A model generated the notes under the pieces. That model did no database searches and was not told where the DNA came from. It was given only the letters and a program-made list of their open reading frames with translations. From a virus: 64,000 bases of DNA. The position numbers were made by a program, and so were the translations under genes. Below are positions 1-10,300 of the stretch, one piece after another; within the stretch, counting starts at the first letter, position 1; each line of letters begins with the position of its first letter. The DNA lies in the IMG/VR virus record IMGVR_UViG_3300008113_005797, positions 5,634 to 69,633 of that record; one strand, written 5' to 3'.

Positions 1-50
1 ATGTCTTTATTTTTGCATACCGCCGAGATTAGCTCTGCTTCTGTATTCAT
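1..50 (-). CDS. 5' fragment of a gene running off the window (MNTEAELISAVCKNKD), possibly a DnaB-like helicase
   Basis: ATG at 50 overlaps the stop of the 47..370 ORF. Only 16 codons are visible, so the product is a guess from typical gene order. Confidence 0.3.
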   Translation of the reverse strand, partial: MNTEAELISAVCKNKD

Positions 51-370
51 TCTATTCCGCCTTGTTCTACCATCTTCTTCGTTTCTTCTAATAACAAACG
101 ACGCTTTTCTTTATCTTTTTCAATCTCTAATTTTAGCATATCCATTTTATCAAAATTATAAAAAAAGAACTGCAGTGGGTGTCCGTTTTTAGACAATCCA
201 AAATAATATTCTAACAAATCTTTTGCACGGTCAAAACCAACACTATCAATTACATCCTGCATAGCCCACTTTTCACGAAACTTGTTTATTGTAATTGTGC
301 GTCCATATTTATCTTTGTATAAGTTTTGATACATTGTAAGTAAAATATAAGGCTCTCTGTTATTTGCCAC
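47..370 (-). CDS. hypothetical phage protein
   Basis: 107-aa ORF coupled to both neighbours. Confidence 0.75.
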   Translation of the reverse strand: MANNREPYILLTMYQNLYKDKYGRTITINKFREKWAMQDVIDSVGFDRAKDLLEYYFGLSKNGHPLQFFFYNFDKMDMLKLEIEKDKEKRRLLLEETKKMVEQGGIE

Positions 371-563
371 GCTTCAACTCTTCCTCTACTTCTTCTGTTT
401 TTTGAATTAGCTTGTTTTCAACAAAAGCATATACTCTTTCTGTGGCAGCATCAACAGTTTCTCCTTGACGAACATCGTCTTCAATACCAACGCCTATTTT
501 AATGCTTTCGTAATTTCCAAGGTTTCTTGTAAATGAAAGGTCTACCTTAACTCTTGTTGTCAC
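360..563 (-). CDS. hypothetical phage protein
   Basis: 67-aa ORF, GTG start with AAGGAG upstream. Confidence 0.75.
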   Translation of the reverse strand: MTTRVKVDLSFTRNLGNYESIKIGVGIEDDVRQGETVDAATERVYAFVENKLIQKTEEVEEELKRGK

Positions 564-670
564 TTGTGCTCCTTTTTAATATGGTTAAACAATGTTATGT
601 GTGCAAAATCAGATCTTACCTCAAGCTCTTTATTACATGTTGGGCAAATAACAATACGGCTACTTGCCAT
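560..670 (-). CDS. small C2H2-like zinc-finger protein (36 aa)
   Basis: Translated by hand: MASSRIVICPTCNKELEVRSDFAHITLFNHIKKEHK, with CxxC and HxxxxH. It fills the gap and overlaps both neighbours. Confidence 0.6.
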   Translation of the reverse strand: MASSRIVICPTCNKELEVRSDFAHITLFNHIKKEHK

Positions 671-797
671 CAGACTCATCCTTAGAACTCTTTATTACCA
701 CTGGACCGTTTAACGAGTTCCAGTATGCAACCTCTTGCTCTCTTTTACGCTTCTTTTCTGCTCCAGATTCAATCTTATACCAAGCATTAAATGTCAT
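660..797 (-). CDS. hypothetical protein (45 aa)
   Basis: Translated by hand: MTFNAWYKIESGAEKKRKREQEVAYWNSLNGPV...; TAATG coupling with the upstream gene. Confidence 0.6.
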   Translation of the reverse strand: MTFNAWYKIESGAEKKRKREQEVAYWNSLNGPVVIKSSKDESDGK

Positions 798-1282
798 TAT
801 TCCGCCTTCCAAACTGGTACAAACTTGCCTTCTTCTGTCTTAGTATACAATACTAAATTGTTTTTGAGAAGAGCTTGCACCTCTGCTTTTGATGGAATTT
901 CTTTTGAGTGTCCTGAATCTAATATATGTTGGTGTATGTCTAATATGTTTTTTTGGTTAAACATATACTGTGACCAGTTTTCGCTGTCTGGCTGTCCTAT
1001 TGGATATATCTTTTGAGGAGTGGCCACTTTTTCATTTAATATATATTCTTGTATAGTTACCCTATGCTTGTTTAGCATAGAAGCAACTTCTACAACAGTA
1101 TATGCAGTTTCCATATTTTTTTTAACCTGGGAATATGAGTACATGACTCTTTTCTTCTCTGGGTAGCACCAAGCAATTATTTCGTCTTTAGATCTTGATG
1201 ATTTTAAAACTTTATGTATTTTATCGTTTAAGAAGAAATACCGTAAGCTTTTTGATTTGCCGTTTCTTTTAGCTCCAGCCAT
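797..1282 (-). CDS. putative HTH (MerR/excisionase-like) DNA-binding protein
   Basis: YTVVEVASMLNKHRVTIQEY resembles a MerR-type HTH. Confidence 0.55.
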   Translation of the reverse strand: MAGAKRNGKSKSLRYFFLNDKIHKVLKSSRSKDEIIAWCYPEKKRVMYSYSQVKKNMETAYTVVEVASMLNKHRVTIQEYILNEKVATPQKIYPIGQPDSENWSQYMFNQKNILDIHQHILDSGHSKEIPSKAEVQALLKNNLVLYTKTEEGKFVPVWKAE

Positions 1283-1413
1283 TTTCCAAAACCACTCGTT
1301 TCTTTATTAACCATCCATCGCTTACCACACATAATGCAAAACAGCTCCATGTGCAGCTTTTGAGAAAAAACTCTGTCTACAAAAACTCTGCCTCTACATT
1401 TTCCGCACCACAT
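1228..1413 (-). CDS. zinc-ribbon protein
   Basis: CGKC...CIMCG pairs. Confidence 0.65.
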   Translation of the reverse strand: MWCGKCRGRVFVDRVFSQKLHMELFCIMCGKRWMVNKETSGFGKWLELKETANQKAYGISS

Positions 1414-2213
1414 TATAAGGTAAATGTCTTCCCGTCAACAACGCATGAATAATCAGGTGCAACATGAATCATCTGAATATGCGGGTAGTCATTAACAATA
1501 TGAGCAATGGCAAATCCTTTTTGCCAATCATGATGTTGCATATACTTCATTCCAGGACCCTTTTCATCACACATGTGACCCAGTTCATATCCACGAAGAG
1601 TTTCTCCCTGACCTTCATTTCTTAGCTCATAAGTAACTAGGTGGGCTGCCAATCTGTGTGAGTGTCCACGAATCAAAGACACCTGAAGGTCTTCCATGTC
1701 TTTACGAACAGATCCAGTTGCTGCAATTGAAATTCCATGGTGGACGTGGATGTCTCCAAATCTACGCTTAGGTAGTTCATTGTAATGAATGTACTCGTAT
1801 CCCAGCGAGTCTAGTCCCCATAGCGCTTCTGGGGTTACTTCGTTAATATAATCTGGGAGCTTTGCATCTACGTAATTAAAGATTCTAACGTCGTGATTTC
1901 CAAGAGCTGAAAATAGTTGTGCGTCTGGCAACATTTCTCTTGTCTTTGTATAAAAATCTCTTGCGCCTTTTGCTTCATGCCGCATCATAGGAACAATGAG
2001 ATCACGACTATCGGTCTTGTGTAAATTTAAAAACTCTGCCGATCTTCCCTCAGTGTATTTACTATAGCAAGCTTGATCGTCTGTGTCGCCTAAGTAATCT
2101 ACTACATCTGGCTTAAACCACTTCATTACCTTAAACCAAAGCGCAATCATCTTATCGTCTTGATACGGGAACTGCTGGTCGGATGACAGCATCCATTTTA
2201 AATCGTTACTCAT
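1413..2213 (-). CDS. calcineurin-like metallophosphoesterase
   Basis: SDxQ, GDxxD, GNHD, HHG and GHSH motifs. Confidence 0.85.
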   Translation of the reverse strand: MSNDLKWMLSSDQQFPYQDDKMIALWFKVMKWFKPDVVDYLGDTDDQACYSKYTEGRSAEFLNLHKTDSRDLIVPMMRHEAKGARDFYTKTREMLPDAQLFSALGNHDVRIFNYVDAKLPDYINEVTPEALWGLDSLGYEYIHYNELPKRRFGDIHVHHGISIAATGSVRKDMEDLQVSLIRGHSHRLAAHLVTYELRNEGQGETLRGYELGHMCDEKGPGMKYMQHHDWQKGFAIAHIVNDYPHIQMIHVAPDYSCVVDGKTFTL

Positions 2214-2230
2214 TGAATCCCTTAATATAT

Positions 2231-2255
2231 AAAAAAGTCACGTAGACGTGACTTT
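2231..2255 (-). terminator. intrinsic terminator-like hairpin
   Basis: On the minus strand, AAAGTCACG-TCTA-CGTGACTTT runs into a T tract. Confidence 0.6.
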
Positions 2256-2267
2256 GATGTTACAGTA

Positions 2268-2295
2268 ATTGTAACATATTGATACATATTGTCAA
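2268..2295 (-). promoter_or_regulatory. sigma70-type promoter overlapped by a palindrome
   Basis: TTGACA-16-TACAAT with a TG extension; palindrome ATGTTACA-N5-TGTAACAT at 2257-2277. Confidence 0.55.
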
Positions 2296-2299
2296 TAGC

Positions 2300-2746
2300 T
2301 TATTTTGCTACTAATGTTCCAGCTGCAAATAAGGTAAATTTAACAGTAGTGCTTGCAGTATTTGTTCTAAATCTAATGTTTGCTTCAGTTGCGGTTACAC
2401 TCTCAACTTGTATAAAAATTTGTGAATTTGGCCAAGATGGAGATGTTTGTCCAATTGTATTAATTTGAACCCATACGTCTGGTGTTCCGTTAAATGTTTG
2501 GCCAAACTTTACTTTAGCTGGTGTTCCATTTTTATCAGAAGACTTTACTGATTTACTTGATGGAACAGCAACAACCGTAGATGAAACGGAAGCCACTGGA
2601 GTATTAGCTCCTGCATTTTGAATATTAATTACAGTTGGAGTTGCTGGCGCAGCCAATTTATTAATATTCTGAATCATTGCGGCAATAAGGTCAGAAGTTA
2701 CTGGGTCTCCTGCCGAAATTTTTGTTGGTATAAGCTGCTCTGCCAT
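2300..2746 (-). CDS. minor tail/fibre-associated protein (H-type lectin-like beta domain)
   Basis: VKFGQTFNGTPDVWV pattern; lies at the end of the tail operon. Confidence 0.5.
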   Translation of the reverse strand: MAEQLIPTKISAGDPVTSDLIAAMIQNINKLAAPATPTVINIQNAGANTPVASVSSTVVAVPSSKSVKSSDKNGTPAKVKFGQTFNGTPDVWVQINTIGQTSPSWPNSQIFIQVESVTATEANIRFRTNTASTTVKFTLFAAGTLVAK

Positions 2747-2749
2747 TTT

Positions 2750-2911
2750 TTACTCCTTTGGTTGTTCTGATGGAACTTCCTGTAATTTATTTTGTTCTGC
2801 TAATTGTGTGATCTCGGCACGAAGCAATGCAATATGTGTCTCATATTGTGAGACCAATTCTCCAATGCGTTGCTGTAGGGCTTGAACTACTAGCTCTAAT
2901 TTATTATCCAT
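2750..2911 (-). CDS. small coiled-coil protein (53 aa)
   Basis: Translated by hand: MDNKLELVVQALQQRIGELVSQYETHIALLRAEITQL...; AAGGAGA RBS. Confidence 0.7.
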   Translation of the reverse strand: MDNKLELVVQALQQRIGELVSQYETHIALLRAEITQLAEQNKLQEVPSEQPKE

Positions 2912-2942
2912 TTTATCTCCTTGATAGATTTAAAGTATACCA

Positions 2943-3146
2943 TTATGGGGTATTGTTGTCTAGCCCATGTAGGGCTCTGTAGGATTCCGTTGTCATTTCT
3001 TCATCGGTAATTCCCCTATGTCTTGAAAACGGTTCTTTTAAATTTGAACCGCAGTCTGGGCATGTGGCATAGCCCCACCCATTATCTACTGAGTCTGCGT
3101 AGAGTTCTTTATCGTCTATGCATATTGAGCACCAAAATTTAAACAT
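2943..3146 (-). CDS. zinc-ribbon protein
   Basis: CSIC...CPDCG; coupled to the fibre gene. Confidence 0.65.
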   Translation of the reverse strand: MFKFWCSICIDDKELYADSVDNGWGYATCPDCGSNLKEPFSRHRGITDEEMTTESYRALHGLDNNTP

Positions 3147-6058
3147 TAACTATTCTCCAGTTCTAATATTCTAGCTTCCATCTCTTCTACCTTTAGCTTA
3201 AGATCACGGACAATTGGTATTAATAAATAAGGATATTTCTGCTCATTTCTAAACGAAGTTATCTGGCCAGTAAGATCTCTTTGAACAAAGTATCCAAGAC
3301 CAGATGCATCTATATCTTCGGCAATTGGTCCGAAACTATGTGTGCCCTTCATTTCGTGAGCAATTTCATCTGTATCTGTTTTATATGTATAAAAGTTTAT
3401 TGGAACATCTAGGATTCTTTCATAGTAATGCTTTGGGACCTCTGTTATATTTTCCTTATATCTCCTAGATGAGTCTGATACGAATCCGTCGCCCATGTGT
3501 CTAAATCCTACAGCCCTTACAATATTTCTAATTTCTGCTGCATAATCAAGATCGCTTGCATTTGCAACATCTACTGCAATTCTATTTACATTTGTTATGG
3601 TCTGGATTCTAAAAGATCTAACTCTCTCTGAATAAGGATTTCCTATTCTAAATACATAGTTGTCACCAGAGACCCATCCAAGGTACACCTTGTCTCCAAA
3701 TATTATTCTAGGCAAAACTCCAGTATCTGGATTTGTTGACGCTCTTAGATCTCCTTCAATTGCTCCAATTGAAAAACCACCAATTGTTCCAGACTTTGCG
3801 GCTATGTTTCCAGAAAATGACGCCGACCCCGTTCCAGTTAATATGCTTACTGTAGGGTTTCCGCTTGTGTCGTATGCCTGAAATCCTTGAGAGTTCAATG
3901 TGATTCTTGATCCAGATGTCGCTGGGCCAGTGTTGCTTGCATTTGATGCACCGCTCCAAATGTTTATTCCGTTACCGCTTATACCAGTTATTTCATTAGA
4001 AGCATTTGCAATTACATATGCGCTTGCTTTAAGCTTCGTGCTAAGAGAAGTATTTATTGTTGCAATTGATGAGTCTTGATAAGCATTCCATGAAGATCCA
4101 TTCCATGCTTTTAATATATTTCCGTTTGCTGTATCTATCCACATGTCACCAGTTCTTAATGCATTAGCACCAGTTCCATTTGTTGGAGCCGTTCCAGAAA
4201 CAAAAGTTTTATTTTTTCCTGTTGCTGTTGTTAAAGCTGTTGCTGCATCATTTACTGCTGTTGTGATTCCAGAATCTCTATAGTCAACCCATGATGCGCC
4301 ATTCCAAACCTTTGGCCTATTATTATTAGCTGTATCAAACCATAGATCTCCAACTGCTGTTGCTGTTGCTGAAGTTCCAGTGAAGATTGATTTTTTTGCA
4401 TTGATTGCAGTCAAGGTTGATCCACCAGTAATAACTACGTTTCCAGATATATCTGCTCCCGTGGCATACATCTTTCCAGTTTTATCTACTCTAAATGCAG
4501 CGTTAGATCCTGTTTGGGAGCCCACCCACAATCTCCAGGTTGCATCATTTGAACTTAGACGAACAATAGAAGCAAGGGTTCCCGTAGTATCTCCTAAAGT
4601 AATATTTCCATTGCTGTCTAATATAGTTCCGCTTTTAGAAATTGAGCCTACTGTTTGTGAGGTTCCGCTAATTGTCCAGCCACCTATAAAACCTTTACGA
4701 GCATCAAGAAGTCCAGCAGTTGTAATGGCCACGGTTGCATCTGTTGCAATTCCGTCATACGCAAAAATACCAGAATCATTAAATCTTACTCTAGCCCCGC
4801 TTGTTGGCGAAGATCCAGCGTACAAAGTTCCACTTGACGTTCCTCCTGAAGGTACGGCTAGCTGAACATTGCCAGTAAATTTTCCTCCCGTTGCATCAAC
4901 GTTACCAGTTAAATATAAATCTGTTCCGTTCCAATATAAAAACTCTGTTGGGTTTCCAACCCTAAATTGTCCAGTCGTAAGCCAAAAATTATTGCCAACG
5001 TTTGTTGTAGATTTGTTTAAAATTATGCCATGATATGTTCCAGAAGTTAAAGATGGATTTGTTAAAGGTACTGTATTTAAATTAATACTTTGTGAAATAC
5101 CAGTACCTATTTTAAACAAGTCCTGGGAGGCTCCGCCTATTGCTATAAAAGATTTAAGTCTTGCAAGAGCTCCAGCTGCTGTGCCGTCGGCATCTTGTGC
5201 TTGAAAGGTTCCAGATGCAGCACCAGTCCAATTTACAACATCATACGGTGTAACGGCTGCTACCTGGTAATAATATAATGTGTTAGGTATTAATCCAGTA
5301 GCAACAAAAGTATTATTTGTTCTTCCATCTACAGAAGCATATTCCCAAAGCGGAGTTCCAGTATTTGGATTTGTTGTTGACCATCTGATTGCGTAACCAG
5401 CAGTTTTGGTATTAGTTGAAACAGCCCAAGTCAATGAAGAAACTACGCTAAATCCACTTAAATCTTTTGGATCAATCGATGCTGTGGCTGTGGTTGAAGC
5501 TGGATTTTCAACTGTAAAAGTTGTGTCTGGGTCTGGGTTTAGTGGAGTAACAGGCCCCGCTGTAACGCTAGATCTATTAGAGTCGTCCCACTTATCTCTT
5601 ACAGTAACCTTTACCCACCTAGGAGCTGTGCTTCCAGTTTGTATTGTAACATTAGTTGATGTGCCTACATAAACTATATACTCTTCTCCAGTGAATGTGC
5701 CAGTTAAACTTTCAAATATAACAATATCTTCTTGTACGCTTAATGGGTCAATATCAAACTTTACTCCATAGGCCCTGTAAGATGGGGTCAACGTTAAGTT
5801 TAAAACTGGCTTGGTTAAATTTGGAATATCAAAGGTATGCTGTACTGATGCTGACCTAGGGCCTTCTGTGATTTCTTTAGTTTCTGCATCTTCAAACAAA
5901 TATGTAAACCAAAATGTATACTTTTTATTTTTTACTAATGGAAGTCTTATAATTTTATCGTATGACTCACTGGATGAATTTGAGGCAGCGTTAGCAGCAT
6001 CGGAATTATTTTTATTTAAGTCTGGTGGGGTGTATCCCTTATAAGATCCATCTGCCAT
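3146..6058 (-). CDS. tail fibre/minor tail protein with an FN3 domain and a C-terminal intramolecular chaperone (peptidase S74-like)
   Basis: TGLIPNTLYYYQVAAV (FN3), GD(L/M)W(F/I)DT repeats, SSRRYKENI...GPIAED and a terminal coiled coil. Confidence 0.8.
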   Translation of the reverse strand: MADGSYKGYTPPDLNKNNSDAANAASNSSSESYDKIIRLPLVKNKKYTFWFTYLFEDAETKEITEGPRSASVQHTFDIPNLTKPVLNLTLTPSYRAYGVKFDIDPLSVQEDIVIFESLTGTFTGEEYIVYVGTSTNVTIQTGSTAPRWVKVTVRDKWDDSNRSSVTAGPVTPLNPDPDTTFTVENPASTTATASIDPKDLSGFSVVSSLTWAVSTNTKTAGYAIRWSTTNPNTGTPLWEYASVDGRTNNTFVATGLIPNTLYYYQVAAVTPYDVVNWTGAASGTFQAQDADGTAAGALARLKSFIAIGGASQDLFKIGTGISQSINLNTVPLTNPSLTSGTYHGIILNKSTTNVGNNFWLTTGQFRVGNPTEFLYWNGTDLYLTGNVDATGGKFTGNVQLAVPSGGTSSGTLYAGSSPTSGARVRFNDSGIFAYDGIATDATVAITTAGLLDARKGFIGGWTISGTSQTVGSISKSGTILDSNGNITLGDTTGTLASIVRLSSNDATWRLWVGSQTGSNAAFRVDKTGKMYATGADISGNVVITGGSTLTAINAKKSIFTGTSATATAVGDLWFDTANNNRPKVWNGASWVDYRDSGITTAVNDAATALTTATGKNKTFVSGTAPTNGTGANALRTGDMWIDTANGNILKAWNGSSWNAYQDSSIATINTSLSTKLKASAYVIANASNEITGISGNGINIWSGASNASNTGPATSGSRITLNSQGFQAYDTSGNPTVSILTGTGSASFSGNIAAKSGTIGGFSIGAIEGDLRASTNPDTGVLPRIIFGDKVYLGWVSGDNYVFRIGNPYSERVRSFRIQTITNVNRIAVDVANASDLDYAAEIRNIVRAVGFRHMGDGFVSDSSRRYKENITEVPKHYYERILDVPINFYTYKTDTDEIAHEMKGTHSFGPIAEDIDASGLGYFVQRDLTGQITSFRNEQKYPYLLIPIVRDLKLKVEEMEARILELENS

Positions 6059-6059
6059 T

Positions 6060-7016
6060 TTAGAATGCTATTCCTAATCTATATTCAATATCCATCTGTC
6101 TGCCGATTGATTTAGTAATTGGATTTGCAATTACAGATCTACTAATTAATCCATAATCTGATCTGAATGAATCTTCGTCATTAAGCCTTACGCCATCAAA
6201 TAAAACATTGCATGCGCCAGACGACTTTGCTTTAACCCCAACCGATATCTTTATTATCGATGAGCTATCTGGGGAACCAGATTCAAATCCGCTAGAGTAC
6301 AGGTTGTTTAGTGTTAATGACTTTAACTTGTTTCCAATAGACAAATCTCCAGAATATCTAATCTCATAATAGTCTGTAGACGAACTGTACAGTCTAACAA
6401 AAACATAGTCTAAGTTTAAATCGTTTTGCACGTAAGCAAATGTTAAGCTGTCATTTTGACTATATCCAGTAATATCTAAACTTATGTTAGCGGAATATTG
6501 ATTTGTGGTAGAGGGAGTTGCAGAGATTGATAAGTTATTAGAGCCAAACCTTGGTGTTGGAGATATAACTGCAGTTGAGTATGATCCGTCATCTAAAGTC
6601 CACTGTTGGTAGTCAGAAAAATTAGTAATAGATCTACTTGAATAATCGGTTGCTCCCAAAGTAACACTTGGATAAAGGCCAACTTCAGATATAATTCCAG
6701 AAACATCTACGGGCAAAGTTGCTCTATAAACAACGCCATAAGTGCTAAGTCCAGTAGTTGCACTTGTCTGTATGTCTACGCTTGAAAGATTTACCTGTGC
6801 TCTATAAAATTCAAAATCTAGGCCAGTGTTGTTTTCGGATGCGGTACTTGAACCTATTCCAATTGCTATGTCTTTATCTTTTACAAAAGACTGGCCAGCT
6901 AGATATTGTGTTAAGTATCTTTTCCCAAATTTAGTTAAAATATTTTTAGATTTATATATTTCTTTTCCATCTTGGATAAAAACATAGTGTCCTGATAAAC
7001 AAATATTAGATTCCAT
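6060..7016 (-). CDS. minor tail protein
   Basis: NILTKFG...IAIGIG...ISEVGLY pattern typical of baseplate/fibre-anchor proteins; position in the tail operon. Confidence 0.65.
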   Translation of the reverse strand: MESNICLSGHYVFIQDGKEIYKSKNILTKFGKRYLTQYLAGQSFVKDKDIAIGIGSSTASENNTGLDFEFYRAQVNLSSVDIQTSATTGLSTYGVVYRATLPVDVSGIISEVGLYPSVTLGATDYSSRSITNFSDYQQWTLDDGSYSTAVISPTPRFGSNNLSISATPSTTNQYSANISLDITGYSQNDSLTFAYVQNDLNLDYVFVRLYSSSTDYYEIRYSGDLSIGNKLKSLTLNNLYSSGFESGSPDSSSIIKISVGVKAKSSGACNVLFDGVRLNDEDSFRSDYGLISRSVIANPITKSIGRQMDIEYRLGIAF

Positions 7017-7356
7017 ATCCCATAACTCCTATCACTTCTGATCCAACATGATTTTTAACATTAAATTTAAATTCAACAAATTGATTTTTATTTCCGTCCG
7101 TTATCAAAGTCTTGCTTATCAGCTTAATATCTTCTAAGTTGGGGGCCTCTAGCCCTTCTTCTGTTTCTACAACAACCTCTACGTCAGAGTCCGACTCTTC
7201 TCCTGATATAGAACTTATTTCAGATTGCGTAAGTGTAGAGGGGTCTACAATTATATACAAGTCTGGGTTGAGCACATCTATGAGCTTGTCTCCTGGAAAA
7301 AGCAAAAGCTTTTTTGATTTAGGGGCTCTTGAGGCTGGTTGTTTTTGATTACTCAT
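7006..7356 (-). CDS. hypothetical tail-region protein
   Basis: 116-aa ORF with a leaderless-type promoter (TGG-TAGAAT-N6-ATG). Confidence 0.7.
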   Translation of the reverse strand: MSNQKQPASRAPKSKKLLLFPGDKLIDVLNPDLYIIVDPSTLTQSEISSISGEESDSDVEVVVETEEGLEAPNLEDIKLISKTLITDGNKNQFVEFKFNVKNHVGSEVIGVMGYGI

Positions 7357-7373
7357 ATTAACATTCTACCATT

Positions 7374-10300
7374 TCATCCAGTATAAATCGATCTACAGGT
7401 CAGTCTTGTTACTGGGGGGCTAATATCGTCGTAGTTATTTTCTACCTCTAATACCACATACTTTCCTGCTGAATATGGCGGGGTTACGTCTTCAGAAGAA
7501 TATAGCTGATTTGCTGGGTAAGATATTTCAACCACATCTCCAATTTGAATTAAAGGGTTTATAAATGTTTCTAGGCTTACAACTCTTTGTTGTTTTGACC
7601 ACTGTTCCGTAATCCATTTAGAAAGAGCAATTGCTTCCGATTCTTTTTGTATCCAAAGTGAATCAAAGGCTATTTCTTCAGATCGATCTTCGTCTGTTAA
7701 ACTAGGGTCAATATATTCAAATGCGTCTGAGGGGGTTATTTGATTTCCAACTATTACAAAAGATTTTTCTTGACCATTAGATAGGCTAGTAAAAGTTCCA
7801 GTATTGTTCATAACAAAAACGTCCATTGTAAATGGGTCTAACGAAGACCCCACAAGAGTGACATCATTATTTTGTACAATGACGGGATAAAGGGGGTAGC
7901 CTGGGGAGTTTGTATATCTTCCAGTAATTCTTTTTAATTCTCTTGCTACTGGACCAAACTCTCTAAGCCACACATCTGTAACAGCTTTGTCATTTTTATT
8001 AAATATAAAATCACTAAATGTTTTTACCATCGCAGAGTTAGTTGAAAGAAATCCAGCGTATGCATCAAAAGAAGATGTTGATCCAAATTCTTCTTTTGTA
8101 AGACTAGCTGTGTAGACATAGTCGAACGATGTTACTCCCTGCAAAGAAGCTATGCCAATTTTATTTGTTAGCGGTATTGGTGATGTATCCGTAATTCCAA
8201 CTATTTTTCCGTTTAAAGATATTTTAAAAACTCTATTTTCTTCAGAACCATTCATTATTGTAAGACCTTTAATTTCAACTTTATACAAGTCTCCACCATT
8301 GATATTTGTAACTATGCTTCCATCTTCATCTTTTTGGCTTGTTGTCATTGCAACTGGCTTGCCGTCTACAATTTTATAAAAATTTACATCCCTATATGTC
8401 TTATCCCCATTACTATTTTGAGTGGTAGATATAGAAAGCAGATATCCGCTTGTATTGTTTGCATTTAATGAAAAAGCTATTCCAGCGGTTGTCATTTGAT
8501 TTCCAGTAACCTGTTTTGTTGTTTTATCTACTATGAGTGGAAAGTACATGTTGGTTCCTATAACAAACGCTTTATCAGAGCTTGAATTATATTGAGCCTC
8601 TGTAGTTGCTATTTTATATAAAGTGTTTGGAACATATTTATCTGTGGCTGGGTCGTTGGGGTCGCTTGGAGGAACGTATGTCACATCGTTGGCAAATATT
8701 GTTGCCATTGATCTAGAAACTCCCTCGTATAACATTTTTTGACCGTCTGAGCCTTTTGGGTCATAGGCTGGAATACTTGTAGTTAGCATTGAACCTGGAC
8801 TTGATGTAAAATTACCTGTTGCAGAATTCCATTCAAGCTGGGTCCACCCGTCTTGTGAATTTCCAAGAATGTGTGTCATGTCTTTATCTAGCATAGATTG
8901 AGTGTAGGAGGAGCTAATCGGACCCAATACGTTGAATGCATTTCTAGTTTTAATTCTATAGTTGTTAGTTGCTTTAAATGAAGATGGCTTAGAGAGCCCT
9001 TGGTATTTTGCAACATCAGAATCAGAAGTCATCCATTTATATTTTATTGTTCCAGTATCTACTTCAGAATAGCTATACTCTATTGCATCATATTCTATAA
9101 TTTCTTTTTCAATTACAAGATATCCGCTAAAACTGTACTGAACAGTATTATACCCGCTTGTAATAACTGGTTCGCAGGACACAACTCCTTTTGCCGCAAC
9201 CTCACCAGAATTATTTGTATATGATGGCTGTACGGGCAATACATCATTAACCAATGCCGATGCCCCAAGCGTAATGACTGGTGCGTCGTAAAGATTTTCT
9301 CCAGTACCTCTATAAGAGCTGACAAGCTGAGGAGTATATATTATTTTTACAGCTTTTACTGATGGTACATTTTCAATAGACAGGCTAGATATGTTTGCAA
9401 GTTTTGTGCCAATATTTCTGTCTCTAAGCTTTATGTTTGTAACCTTATCTTTTTTAAATATGTAGTCTCTTGGATAAAACTGTAGAGTATCGTGCTCATC
9501 AAAAGTAGCTATCATTTGTGTGTCTTTGCATAAATCTTGTATGTGATCCCACACTGTTTTAGTCTGATCAGTGTACCAATGATATGGAGATATTACTGTT
9601 GTGTCTGAAGTTGTAAGATTAAAGTTATAGTTGGTAAATCCAACAGAGTCTAGCAGCCTTCTAATAATAGCAACCGAAGTCATGTTATCACAAACAATAT
9701 CTGGTGGCTTTATGTACTGCAGCTCTTTTGCTCCATCTAATGCGGTTATACTAACTTCACCAAATTCACTTACAGAAAAAGATTCAACATAAAACTTTCC
9801 TAGTTTTATTTTTTCTGTTCCTATTACCACGAATGGATTTAATACGGAATCTTTGTATAAGTTTATTTTATTTTTATTAAAAGGAGCTGTTTTGTCATAA
9901 TATTCATATGCCCTATCATATCCATTCATTTCTAAGTAAACAGAGTTTGACGTAACATTTCCTACAGGAACTATACCAGAAATATCATCTGAGGCTGATT
10001 TGTTTACTGTCATTGATACTAGCCTATTAGTAATATCAATTACATACCTTGGAGATATTTCTATTACACCTACATATCCGCCAGATGTATCTAAAGACGA
10101 GATTTCAATTTTTACTGCGCTAATATTAATACCTGCTGAAGGTTCTGTAAATTCGGTTGTACTCCAGGAGCTTCCATTGTAATATAAATTAACAACACCA
10201 TTGTCTGGGACAGGAATATTTGTAGCAATTGTGGTTTCTGTTCCAGTAAGTCCTATTGTTTTTACTGTCCAATTTACTGGCTTTGAGTGTGATGTTTCAA

